A stretch of DNA of 64,000 bases from a virus, in the IMG/VR virus record IMGVR_UViG_3300028549_000688; one strand, 5' to 3'. This document shows, in pieces, positions 36,201 to 44,032 of the stretch (the first letter of the stretch is position 1; every line of letters begins with the position of its first letter). The notes below the pieces were generated by a model. It had not been told where the DNA came from and made no database searches. It worked only from the letters and a program-made list of their open reading frames with translations. Made by a program: the position numbers and the translations under genes.

Positions 36201-36530
36201 CGGCACGCAGAGTAGCTCTTTGCTACCTTGCTTCGATGTAACTCGAACTGCCGACCCGTCCTGGTTTAGCCAGTCGAACTGGGCGCCGCCACCCGACAAC
36301 GATCGGTTTGGGTTCCAGAAGGACCCGGATGCAAAGAACTCGTAGGTCGTATCGACGCCACCGTCAATCCTGATGTACTCGTGCCCGGGCTCAATGCGAA
36401 CCTTGATCGACGCACCACCCACCTCATACGACTGATCGGCGTAGGGCAATCCCAGCTTTTTGAGCTTGGTGATGCAGCTACGCGCGAAGGGCAAGTATTC
36501 GTCGCCCCCGAGGATCAGTCGGTGCTCCAT
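33297..36530 (-). CDS. 1077-aa large structural (tail/nozzle-type) protein
   Basis: Size, position and beta-rich composition. No motif recognised. Confidence 0.6.
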   Translation of the reverse strand: MEHRLILGGDEYLPFARSCITKLKKLGLPYADQSYEVGGASIKVRIEPGHEYIRIDGGVDTTYEFFASGSFWNPNRSLSGGGAQFDWLNQDGSAVRVTSKQGSKELLCVPLWSSIYPPDEADPKWTLRDRRWWASNQIYMGGRAGSENFLTTFSQPSEHFGSYHSYHDNKKTNLLTSCRPFGPGASTITPFNGHGTFHLSAIGVPYKISHFSFGTVPKEITQNIPPSVGAGDGATQIDGLFWSTDGLASGFSSTYPFAWTDTRVTSPPQCWRQGEFGTVTDDINLMSSAGGYTLYDRARIKDNQRYLLGSRLSPVSAGEDDLANTFDIPPAQYKNGKLNVGAGKAGEYIHWRSAATITVKDENGADVRLIVVTDTHNGFMFYPARNYAGEYDAPTTDSLGGAEGAASYRNIPSTEWVRVKPAMPAWVTLPDEGKPHANLSWLWRFNKDGTKAVSTPINAAPAKVWFDPEGVNGSGWQESNVFLSLEEAQGAAVSVGDLYSLRITTAEMNADFVAKWQLLNDTKPSYMIRMNEDPSPEGFVLFAKVGTAFHLMSSIDLSQYYSGTRELTSNPCSLVITPGDGFRELAEKYKAEPVMVVTPGLVEVSISATVTHDDNGKEIIDPKVKVIQSDFFSQSKKVYADAAYYVSTPREKKTSNSLVIQNLPEDDALLSSNIIVMGRGYVGVDEGIDQLWPASRAANAFYNVKNETTGDTVLTLCLAVQATVRSKGISDISGPGQLLLTIPLLFLATIVAHDLRYLSFITATYYRAERSFKQLRDSEPGGAAFTTTHTILPRFELRIPGEPLKTIDYGHSVYSGYADGGCDLSELTPDTDMTGDITVIDYSLSYSEFTSWTRRITSGVVAGSSGKRLAGEFGYIQSLGPDPLTSIKPDFQLGGARIESKITKSSSVVATHVVPEAYAHDLTLYQTNEYAQFSSVLIPYPTMREDYAATPEHRKLMALKFLPLVTSAQYETTFSFTPEGDYAVYFDARSAQFSSPKTTPIAGKGGVFDIIKINKNYTSHADTLNQAFRRTADPITMPVDVSEADAPKGVGRFGANGIFTYSVPQEKVLTGQKFKPE

Positions 36531-36536
36531 ACGGCG

Positions 36537-36992
36537 TTACTGCGCCGGCTGTGTCCAGGTAAAGCTATCCACGGTTGTGGGCGCGCCTATTGCAATGCTG
36601 ATGTTCGACAAGTTCATGTCAGCACCAGACACAGCAATCGAGCCATCCAGACGAGCATACGCGGTGCTCAACAAGTTGTCGTCAGCTGCGTTACCTTTCA
36701 GGCGGAACCAACCGGCTGTGCCAGCGGCTATGCCGACCATGCTCCACACGCCTGATTTGCTCACTGCGCCATCGGCGGCTGTAGCGAACGTCAGGCCGTT
36801 GGTGGCGGTGCCTGGGGTGAATGCGCCAGAGGCGAGAGTGACTGTTCCAAGTAGCGTGCCCGTAGCGGCTGCATCAGCCGTGGCGGGCTGTGTACCGCTG
36901 CGGATTTCGACAACGCCGTTGGCGAATGTGGCTGCAAAGCCGGTGGTGCCTGCGAGGTTATTGCGCAGTTGAGTAGATAGTCGGACGGTCAT
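36537..36992 (-). CDS. 151-aa virion protein
   Basis: GGAG SD. G/A/T-rich. Confidence 0.6.
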   Translation of the reverse strand: MTVRLSTQLRNNLAGTTGFAATFANGVVEIRSGTQPATADAAATGTLLGTVTLASGAFTPGTATNGLTFATAADGAVSKSGVWSMVGIAAGTAGWFRLKGNAADDNLLSTAYARLDGSIAVSGADMNLSNISIAIGAPTTVDSFTWTQPAQ

Positions 36993-37004
36993 GGTGGTTG
37001 CTCC

Positions 37005-38153
37005 TTAGAGGGCGTTGAACGGGCTTCCGCCCACTTGAAGAGCAGCGACGAACCGTTTCTGGCCCCCGCTGCGGACGATGCAGCCACCAGCGCGAAGCCC
37101 TGGCTGAACTGAAATTTGTTTTTCTGTGAGGTTCTGAAACGGCAGCGCGGCGCACAGGCCGCGCAGGGTCCAGAACAAGATGCGTTCGCCGTCGCGGTCC
37201 CAGTGCCTGCCAGGCACCACGCCGTAGTCAGCGATCTGGTCGAGCTTCTGTCCGTCGTAGGCATAGACCTTGGCATCCGTGCCAATGATCAGCGCCGCGT
37301 CGTGTGGAGCCAGCATCAGAACTTGGCCAGGGAGGATGACGAAATTCGAGTTGAGGTTCCAGAGGTGGTAGCCCAGCGCTTCGCTGAACCACAACACGGT
37401 CTGGTTCTCAGCCGGTGAGTAATGCGCGGCGTACATCCGGCCTTTCCAGAACTGGACGACATCAGCGCCAACGGGCAGCGGGTCGAGGAACTGGTTAAGC
37501 AGGTCGCGCCCGAGGTCGTCAGGGGAGCTATTGAATGTCAGCGACGTAGCTTGTGTCGTTGCGAAGAGCTGATACACCTCGGAGTTCGCGGGGGTGATGT
37601 AGACGTTGGTCTGGTGGCCGGGCAGCTGTGGAATGTTGCCCACCTGCACGCCAAACCCTTCCGGGATGGTCAGGTAGGCAGCCTCGCCTGCACCGGTCTC
37701 GCGGCCATCGGGCAGCAAGTAGGTGCAGCAGACCATGTACATGCCACCAGCAAGTAAGCCATCTGTAGTGGCAAGATTTGGTGCTGTCGGCACTGGCCAG
37801 TCCCAGGGGATGACACTGTCGTCTGGCAGGACGATGCCCCGGTCAACGCCGTTGTTGAAGAACACCTGCTCGTTGACTTCCGTCCAGAACATCGGGCGAC
37901 TCGAACTTAGAGCTACGATGTTCTCACCGGCAAAGTTCTGGATGCCCAGGGCTGTAGCCATGTACATCCGGGTGAAATCCAACGTGGTGTATGCCCCGAG
38001 AAAGGTGCCTGCGCGGCTCAGCACGTAGCCTGCGCGCTTGGAGACTCCACCGGAGTCCACCACGTTGACGTTATCTGCAGTCACGAGCCACGTCATGTCG
38101 AGCCGCATGGGGTCCGACACGTTGTTGAGGCCACGGAATTGCTTGATGTCCAT
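37005..38153 (-). CDS. 382-aa structural protein
   Basis: Position immediately after the lysis cassette. No motif recognised. Confidence 0.6.
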   Translation of the reverse strand: MDIKQFRGLNNVSDPMRLDMTWLVTADNVNVVDSGGVSKRAGYVLSRAGTFLGAYTTLDFTRMYMATALGIQNFAGENIVALSSSRPMFWTEVNEQVFFNNGVDRGIVLPDDSVIPWDWPVPTAPNLATTDGLLAGGMYMVCCTYLLPDGRETGAGEAAYLTIPEGFGVQVGNIPQLPGHQTNVYITPANSEVYQLFATTQATSLTFNSSPDDLGRDLLNQFLDPLPVGADVVQFWKGRMYAAHYSPAENQTVLWFSEALGYHLWNLNSNFVILPGQVLMLAPHDAALIIGTDAKVYAYDGQKLDQIADYGVVPGRHWDRDGERILFWTLRGLCAALPFQNLTEKQISVQPGLRAGGCIVRSGGQKRFVAALQVGGSPFNAL

Positions 38154-38162
38154 AGTCTTATT

Positions 38163-38600
38163 CTATCTTAGAGCGTCGATGATAGTCACTGCGGTTTTGA
38201 GGTCGGAAACGTGTCTATCACAGCTGCCCGCCAACGCAGAATACTCTGTGCTGCAACTAGAGAGTAGCTCGCTGGTGGTAGTGGTTGTGTCAGCACAAAC
38301 GCTGGGGTCGGCGCGAGCGGCGAACACGGCACGGTGGAGGGCGCTGCGCAGGCTGTCAACAGCAGACTCAGCGGCGGCAGCGTCCAGGCGAAGCTGGCGT
38401 TCGCGCAGGCGAGCATCATTCTGTGCAGTGAGCACTTGAAGGCTTCTTGCCTGCTCCAGGCGAGATACTTCTTGTTCTGCAGCTCGCGCTGTGGTGAGAC
38501 GATCGTTTTCATTGGCTTGCATCCGTAGGGTTTGAATTTGCCATGCTGCCCCGAAGGACAGGCCGGCGCTGAGAAAGGCGGTGATCAGGTAGAGGTTCAT
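38163..38600 (-). CDS. i-spanin (Rz-like)
   Basis: N-terminal TM (LITAFLSAGLSFGAAW) followed by an Arg/Glu/Gln/Ala-rich (charged/polar) coiled coil. Lies downstream of the endolysin. Confidence 0.65.
   Translation of the reverse strand: MNLYLITAFLSAGLSFGAAWQIQTLRMQANENDRLTTARAAEQEVSRLEQARSLQVLTAQNDARLRERQLRLDAAAAESAVDSLRSALHRAVFAARADPSVCADTTTTTSELLSSCSTEYSALAGSCDRHVSDLKTAVTIIDALR
38186..38419 (-). CDS. o-spanin (Rz1-like), embedded out of frame in the i-spanin gene
   Basis: MMLACANASFAWTLPPLSLLLTA|C lipobox, followed by a Pro-rich 54-aa mature peptide. Fully nested inside Rz. Confidence 0.55.
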   Translation of the reverse strand: MMLACANASFAWTLPPLSLLLTACAAPSTVPCSPLAPTPAFVLTQPLPPASYSLVAAQSILRWRAAVIDTFPTSKPQ

Positions 38601-38696
38601 CGTTGTTCAGTGCGAAGTCGGTGTCGCTTTGGTCGTTGGCTAACTGCCCCTGGCGGCGATTGCGGAAGAGTCCCGCCAGGTGCTCCAGCTGAGCGT

Positions 38697-39170
38697 CTAT
38701 GGTGTGAGGTACGTGAGGCATAGGTCTTTTTCCATGTTGCGACGAGTTGTCAAGCCAGGGAGACTGACTGCAACACCACCGACAATGGCATTCGACCATC
38801 TCGGCAATTGTTCGCAGGCCTCCCGAAACTTGCCTGCTGCAAGAAATCTCGCGGCGGTGGACCGGGAAGAGTCGCAGGCGACTTTGTCACCAAGGTTATA
38901 TGCCGCGTCGCTAAAGGCGGCAAGAACCGGGATCGGTAGGCCTGGCCGGCAGGTGTCCACGGCTGATATGACATCGTTCATCTCCTTGGTGAGTAGCGCT
39001 TTGCATTCGGGCAACGTCCTGAAGTCGCCCATCTTTACGCCCTTGGTGCTGCCCATGCAGATGGTGGGCAGGCCGGTCACATCCCGGTAAGCCCACAGGC
39101 GCGTGCCCTCCATCGGGATCGCAATTGCCGTGGACAGAGCGAGGACGATGGCGCGCTGTTTGGGTGTCAT
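38697..39170 (-). CDS. endolysin, T4-lysozyme (GH24) type, with hydrophobic N-terminus (possible SAR)
   Basis: E-x8-D-x5-T triad in PMEGTRLWAYRDVTGLPT, with T4L spacing. N-terminal AIVLALSTAIAIP. Confidence 0.85.
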   Translation of the reverse strand: MTPKQRAIVLALSTAIAIPMEGTRLWAYRDVTGLPTICMGSTKGVKMGDFRTLPECKALLTKEMNDVISAVDTCRPGLPIPVLAAFSDAAYNLGDKVACDSSRSTAARFLAAGKFREACEQLPRWSNAIVGGVAVSLPGLTTRRNMEKDLCLTYLTP

Positions 39171-39523
39171 TTATGGTGATCCTTGAACAGAAACCACACG
39201 CTGCCAAGCGACAGCGCCACACCTGCAGCCCACTTTGCTGCTTCAAATATCCACCCCATGACCCGGAAAAACCCACGGGCCGACTCGATGTAGCCCAGCA
39301 GCTTTTGCGTCAGCTCGGTGTTGTTGTCGAGCTTGTCTTCCAGGCGCTGGCGCGCAGCGTCTGTTTCGACCTGATGGTCCGCCACACGCTGCACGTTCTC
39401 CTCTATGCGCTGCATCCGGTCTGCACCGTCGTCGAACTGCGCCTTCACGTCAATGATGTTCCGGCACGTCTCAGGCGTGTGCCACTGTTTGCGGCGTTCG
39501 GGGGTTGTGGTTTCTTCGGTCAT
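39167..39523 (-). CDS. holin candidate (118 aa; long soluble N-terminus, C-terminal hydrophobic segment)
   Basis: ATGA coupling into the endolysin. C-terminal FFRVMGWIFEAAKWAAGVALSLGSVWFLF. Atypical topology and a weak SD. Confidence 0.4.
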   Translation of the reverse strand: MTEETTTPERRKQWHTPETCRNIIDVKAQFDDGADRMQRIEENVQRVADHQVETDAARQRLEDKLDNNTELTQKLLGYIESARGFFRVMGWIFEAAKWAAGVALSLGSVWFLFKDHHK

Positions 39524-39558
39524 GGGTGGGGTCCATTTTCGTGGTCGGTCGATGCTTC

Positions 39559-40548
39559 TCAGATAATGCTCCGCCTGACAGCCCGGGCGCTGCAGTACGT
39601 ATCCGCCTTAAATCCAGCGGACTGATAGCCAGGATAGGTGGCGTGCCAGTACTGGAGCCATACACCTGTATCGCTATGCTCCGTGCTGGACATGTAGTAG
39701 CTTGTGCCGTACCTAAACGCCTCTGATTCGTTGTAAACAAATCCTTTGCCAGCGGGTATTTGTGCCGGCACACTAGCTGTATGTGCTGCGCCCGCAGGCG
39801 ACGTGTTGTTGGACACTCCCTGACCAGTAGACGTGTCGCCATACGCCCCCAGGTTCATGTAGTTTGGTGTCGCGTTTACGGGGCGAGCAGCGGTGTAGTT
39901 GTCGTTTATGTATGGCTTGAGGTTGCGCCAGCACAGCTCAAGTTCATCGCGGGCGGGCAGATACCAGTCGGTTTTTCCAGCAATGCTCAGGCTGTTACAA
40001 AAGTGCGCCGCCGGGTACACCGTGCTGGTGCCCGCTGCCACCATGGCAAGCGTTGCTTTGCGGCCTTCCGACAACGTACCGCATGCAGCGGGCGATGCAG
40101 TATTGGCATTTTTGTACGCCACCGACGCAATCTCCCCGCTAGCTTTCGGGGAGACAATGACACGGTAACGGGCCATAATTGACCAGTCAGTAAACGTGCC
40201 GCTGCCACCCACGCTGGTTACGTTTAACACGAGGGCTGTACCCGCTGCTCCAGTCACGACGCCGATCATTTTGTTTGCGGGGTTAGCTCGGCTGCGCACT
40301 TCGAGGGTTTGCCCTGCATAGGCCAGCGGTGTGCCGGTCATGTCGGCCACGGCGAAGGTTCTGCTGCCCGTGCCGATGGCAGTGCTTGTGGATGACTGCA
40401 CGAGCTCGTTCCAGATCATCCCGGTGTAAAAGCCTCCCTCGAACGGGTCGCCGAAAGCCGCAGGTGTTGCTGCGGGTGTAGCGATGTAGCTGTTGCTGAC
40501 TGCGCTGCTTTTATACGCGAGTACTCCGGCCTGGGTCGCTGCAAACAT
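39559..40548 (-). CDS. tail fibre protein with DUF1566 (Lcl C-terminal-like) domain
   Basis: DWYLPARDELELCWRNL resembles the DUF1566 signature (from memory). Sits in the fibre gene cluster. Confidence 0.55.
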   Translation of the reverse strand: MFAATQAGVLAYKSSAVSNSYIATPAATPAAFGDPFEGGFYTGMIWNELVQSSTSTAIGTGSRTFAVADMTGTPLAYAGQTLEVRSRANPANKMIGVVTGAAGTALVLNVTSVGGSGTFTDWSIMARYRVIVSPKASGEIASVAYKNANTASPAACGTLSEGRKATLAMVAAGTSTVYPAAHFCNSLSIAGKTDWYLPARDELELCWRNLKPYINDNYTAARPVNATPNYMNLGAYGDTSTGQGVSNNTSPAGAAHTASVPAQIPAGKGFVYNESEAFRYGTSYYMSSTEHSDTGVWLQYWHATYPGYQSAGFKADTYCSARAVRRSII

Positions 40549-40550
40549 AA

Positions 40551-41018
40551 TCAGGCCCTCGTGTAATTCAACCCGCCGACAAAACCAAGCCAGTATGTTC
40601 CATCAGCGACGAACGAGATCACGTCGGTTTTGTTGGCCGCTGCGGTGATTGTGGGGGCCGTGCCCCCTGCCCAACGGACAGATGATGGCCAGGTCACAGT
40701 TCTGCTGCCTGTTGCGTCCTGTTTCTGTACCAGCAAAAATGACTTCCCTGCCGCTGAGGCGGGGAATGTATATGTGCAGTTACCCGTAAGTGTTAATAGC
40801 TGAATGCCGGCGCTTGTGATGTCGATTGTGTATGCCGTGCTAGTGTTGGCGGTAACGACGCCCTCTGTGTACCCGTTGACTAACGGGGTTGTTAGGGTTT
40901 TGTTGGTGAGGGTTTGCGCGCCCGTGAGCGTGACATCCCCTACACCAACGAGCGTGTCTCCGCTAGGCAGTTGTTGAACCTGCCCAGCGACAACGACCAG
41001 CGGTTTTTGCGTCGCCAT
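40551..41018 (-). CDS. tail fibre-associated protein (155 aa)
   Basis: TLTNKTLTTP-type fibre motif. Position in the fibre cluster. Confidence 0.5.
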   Translation of the reverse strand: MATQKPLVVVAGQVQQLPSGDTLVGVGDVTLTGAQTLTNKTLTTPLVNGYTEGVVTANTSTAYTIDITSAGIQLLTLTGNCTYTFPASAAGKSFLLVQKQDATGSRTVTWPSSVRWAGGTAPTITAAANKTDVISFVADGTYWLGFVGGLNYTRA

Positions 41019-41021
41019 GCT

Positions 41022-41690
41022 TTACACCAAGGTGATGGGCGTGCCGCTCTGGAAGTTCATCGACGTGGTCGATGTGGCAAACCCCACCCGCTGCACCACG
41101 TTGCCCGTACCACTCGGTGCCGTGGCACTGGATGTGCCGGCCGTGGTAGACAGGTAGCGCTTGCCTGCCACAAGGCCCGTCATGGCAGTGTTGCTGCCCT
41201 CAAAGTACACGTCTACCGTAGCGCCTGATGCAGCGCCCACCAGCACAAAGCCGTGCGCTTCTTTACCGGCAATGGTGGCGTCGGCCTTACGCGCCTTGGC
41301 ACCGGTGCTGTCCCAGATGTTGACCAGGTCGCCGCTGGCAATAGTCTCGCTGGTGGTGAGAGTCACTGTGTCTGCACCCACGCCAACCGGCAGCAGGCCC
41401 ATAGCCAGTCGGCCCGAGCCGTCGAGCTTGGCTATTTTGTTGGCAGCACTGGTGGCTGACGCATTGATGATGCTGTCGTCCAGGATGCCGCTGGCGTTCA
41501 GCGCGGGCAGCTTGCCGCTGTCGCCTGCGCCTGCGCTGGTGGTCTTGCTGTTAACGATGGTTGGGTCAAGCACGCCTGACGCATTGAGCGCGGGCACTTT
41601 GCCGCTGTCGCCAGCACCGGCTGATGCGGTGACTGCAGATTCCTCGGTCAGTACGCCAGATAAGTTTTTAATGAATTTAGCGGTTGCCAT
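41022..41690 (-). CDS. fibre protein with tandem GDSGK(V/L)PALNASG(V/I)LD repeats
   Basis: Two near-identical 29-aa repeats plus a degenerate third. The C-terminal domain is paralogous to 41700..42155. Confidence 0.6.
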   Translation of the reverse strand: MATAKFIKNLSGVLTEESAVTASAGAGDSGKVPALNASGVLDPTIVNSKTTSAGAGDSGKLPALNASGILDDSIINASATSAANKIAKLDGSGRLAMGLLPVGVGADTVTLTTSETIASGDLVNIWDSTGAKARKADATIAGKEAHGFVLVGAASGATVDVYFEGSNTAMTGLVAGKRYLSTTAGTSSATAPSGTGNVVQRVGFATSTTSMNFQSGTPITLV

Positions 41691-41699
41691 GATGGGCTC

Positions 41700-42155
41700 C
41701 TATTGGGTGAAGATTGCAGGTTGAAAGTCGAGGGAAACGCGCACCGGGGAGACTGCCACCCCCAGTGCCTTTGAGAACACAGCCGTTGGCGGGAGTGCTT
41801 GGGTCAACGACCCAGAGAGACCGAGAAACACAGGCAAACCGGCCGTGAACGTCCAGCCCAGGTGTTCGAGAACGCCCTTGTTGACCGCCTCGACTGCAGC
41901 GCCAGACGACCCGGCCTGAGCGGTGATGCCGACAACAGCGTGGTGTGTGGGGTCTGTCGGATCAGCAGGCAGGGCCTGACCCGAAGCATCCAGCACGACA
42001 GCAACATGCCCAGACAGCGCGACCGCTGCGATGTATGCACTGACAGACGAGCCCGACAGACCTTGTGGACCTTGCGCACCGACAGGCCCCTGAGCGAGTA
42101 CCTCGACCAGGTCGACGGTGTCGTCGTCATGAATAATGATCTGTGTATCCATCAC
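41700..42155 (-). CDS. fibre protein with short collagen-like G-x-y run
   Basis: GPVGAQGPQGLSG. GTG 42155 or ATG 42152 overlaps the upstream stop. Confidence 0.55.
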   Translation of the reverse strand: MMDTQIIIHDDDTVDLVEVLAQGPVGAQGPQGLSGSSVSAYIAAVALSGHVAVVLDASGQALPADPTDPTHHAVVGITAQAGSSGAAVEAVNKGVLEHLGWTFTAGLPVFLGLSGSLTQALPPTAVFSKALGVAVSPVRVSLDFQPAIFTQ

Positions 42156-42637
42156 ACCGCCGCGAAGATGTCGCCAGCTGTACTGCGGCTGGAGATAGGT
42201 TTGTCGATACGAGCCAGTTCAGTGGCCAGCGCCATGCGCACAGCGGCTGCGATCTCTGCTGCAGTCGGACCAGTGCTGCCCGAGGTGCTAATGCCCTGCG
42301 CCTGTACAGGTACGGTGTAATTCACATTGACTTGGTACGTCCCAAGCGTCTGCACCACCGGCACGCCACCTCCCTCGACAAACAGGTTTCCCGTAATCGT
42401 TAAGGAGTGGTTGGCTTCCATGGGGCGCACGCGCCAGGTGTTCTGTAAAAAGAAGTAAGGCGGGATTGACAAGCCCGCGCCCAGGTCGTCGCCGCCCACC
42501 TGCCGAAACACCGCTCCGTATTTGGCGTTGTCGTCCAGCGCAAGCCAGTCCGCCGACCGGCTGTAAAGCTCAGTCGCAGTCACGCTCGCGCTATCGAGCA
42601 CGATGCGTTTGCTGGCGGGGTCAAACACGATGGGCAT
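42152..42637 (-). CDS. 161-aa tail protein
   Basis: Position and tight packing. Confidence 0.5.
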   Translation of the reverse strand: MPIVFDPASKRIVLDSASVTATELYSRSADWLALDDNAKYGAVFRQVGGDDLGAGLSIPPYFFLQNTWRVRPMEANHSLTITGNLFVEGGGVPVVQTLGTYQVNVNYTVPVQAQGISTSGSTGPTAAEIAAAVRMALATELARIDKPISSRSTAGDIFAAV

Positions 42638-42640
42638 GGG

Positions 42641-44023
42641 TTAGGCCGGTGAGTAAACCCGGTCAGTTTCCGCCACCAGGCTCAGGCTGATGCCCTTGGA
42701 GCGGGTCAGCGTGCCGGTGGCAGCGGCGAACTTGCCTGTGCCGGGCTTGATGCCGATCAGCGTAACCGGGCGGTCAGTTCCGGGCGCGAATCCAGCCTGT
42801 ATGTTGCCGTCATAGTCGTAGTCGAATCCAATGGAGTCGGTGCTGATGGTGCCGGTAATCGGTGTGCCAGCGGCGTTGTTGACTGTGACAGCGCCTGCCT
42901 CACCGTAGTCGTTGCCTGCACCAGTCGGCGCAGAGTACATCAGGCGGTATGAGCTGCCTGCACCCACCAGCACGCTATTGAATGTCATCGCTCCAGCAGC
43001 GGTATATGGGTTGGTGCGCTTGGTGTTGCCATCGTCGTAAAACTCAACGCGATTGCTGTCGGCTGTCTGGATGTCGTCAATAAACACAGACCGGCTTGTA
43101 ACCAGTGTGTCGCCCACAAACGCCAGCAGATCAGACTGGATTTTGCCGACCTTGCTGCCTGCGGTGCCGCCCGTGTTGATGTCGGTGCCCTGGCGAAGCA
43201 TGTACTGGACTTTGGCGTAAATTTGCTCCAGGGTCGCGCCGTTGCCGTCGATGATGATCTTGAAGTTGCACGACACGCTGTTGATTACGCGGGTTTGGTT
43301 AGCGCTGAAATAAGCCACGGTGATGCCGTCGTAAGGTGCGCCGCTCATGGCTGTATCAGCGGTAGCCTCTACCGCGCCCAGCAGGGCCAGCAGCTTCAGG
43401 TCATCTTCATTGCTGATCAAAAAGTTCTGCTTATTCGCGCCAGTGCCCGTCGCGCCAGTGTCGGCCAACACTGAGCTTTTGAACTTCTTGCCGTACTCGC
43501 GGCAGAAGGTCTTGGCGTAGGTGCGCTTGTCAAAGTTGCCGTGCGTGGCATCACCAAACACCTTGATGCCAGCATTGAACTGGTCATCAAACGGAAAGTT
43601 GCTGGGTGCGTCCGTCTCAGCCAGGTGATAGTACGGTTGTGCCCCGAGGTTGACAGCACCCAGGCCAACGAACCCTGAAAACTGCTGCAACAACACGCCC
43701 GCATCAGAATACTCAGACCAGCCACCGTCACGCAGCGCGTCACGGGTAGCGGTGTCGGCAAACGACCAGCCGCTGAATGTCGCGCCGTCCGTGCCGATCT
43801 GGAACTGTCCCGAAAGCGCGTCGATAGCGTATGCAGGAAATTCAGAGTCTTGGTAGGTGGCGGTTGCCCACAGGTCAACCAGCTTTGAGTACAGCGCCTG
43901 CCATGTCACGCCGTCTTTGAATACCAGCCCGCCTGCTTCGAGGAACTGGATGGTTTTGGCGGGCTCGTCAATGACCAGGTTGGTGCCTACAACGAGGCCG
44001 GATTTGCTTGAGATTTTTGCCAT
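42641..44023 (-). CDS. 460-aa tail protein
   Basis: GGAG SD (GGAGCCCACCATG). Confidence 0.55.
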   Translation of the reverse strand: MAKISSKSGLVVGTNLVIDEPAKTIQFLEAGGLVFKDGVTWQALYSKLVDLWATATYQDSEFPAYAIDALSGQFQIGTDGATFSGWSFADTATRDALRDGGWSEYSDAGVLLQQFSGFVGLGAVNLGAQPYYHLAETDAPSNFPFDDQFNAGIKVFGDATHGNFDKRTYAKTFCREYGKKFKSSVLADTGATGTGANKQNFLISNEDDLKLLALLGAVEATADTAMSGAPYDGITVAYFSANQTRVINSVSCNFKIIIDGNGATLEQIYAKVQYMLRQGTDINTGGTAGSKVGKIQSDLLAFVGDTLVTSRSVFIDDIQTADSNRVEFYDDGNTKRTNPYTAAGAMTFNSVLVGAGSSYRLMYSAPTGAGNDYGEAGAVTVNNAAGTPITGTISTDSIGFDYDYDGNIQAGFAPGTDRPVTLIGIKPGTGKFAAATGTLTRSKGISLSLVAETDRVYSPA

Positions 44024-44032
44024 GGTGGGCTC

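Noticed and set aside
38509-38799. A 96-aa minus-strand ORF bridging the endolysin/i-spanin gap.
   Set aside because: It overlaps both the endolysin 3' end and 92 nt of the i-spanin gene in another frame. It has no SD and no membrane or lysis-like features.
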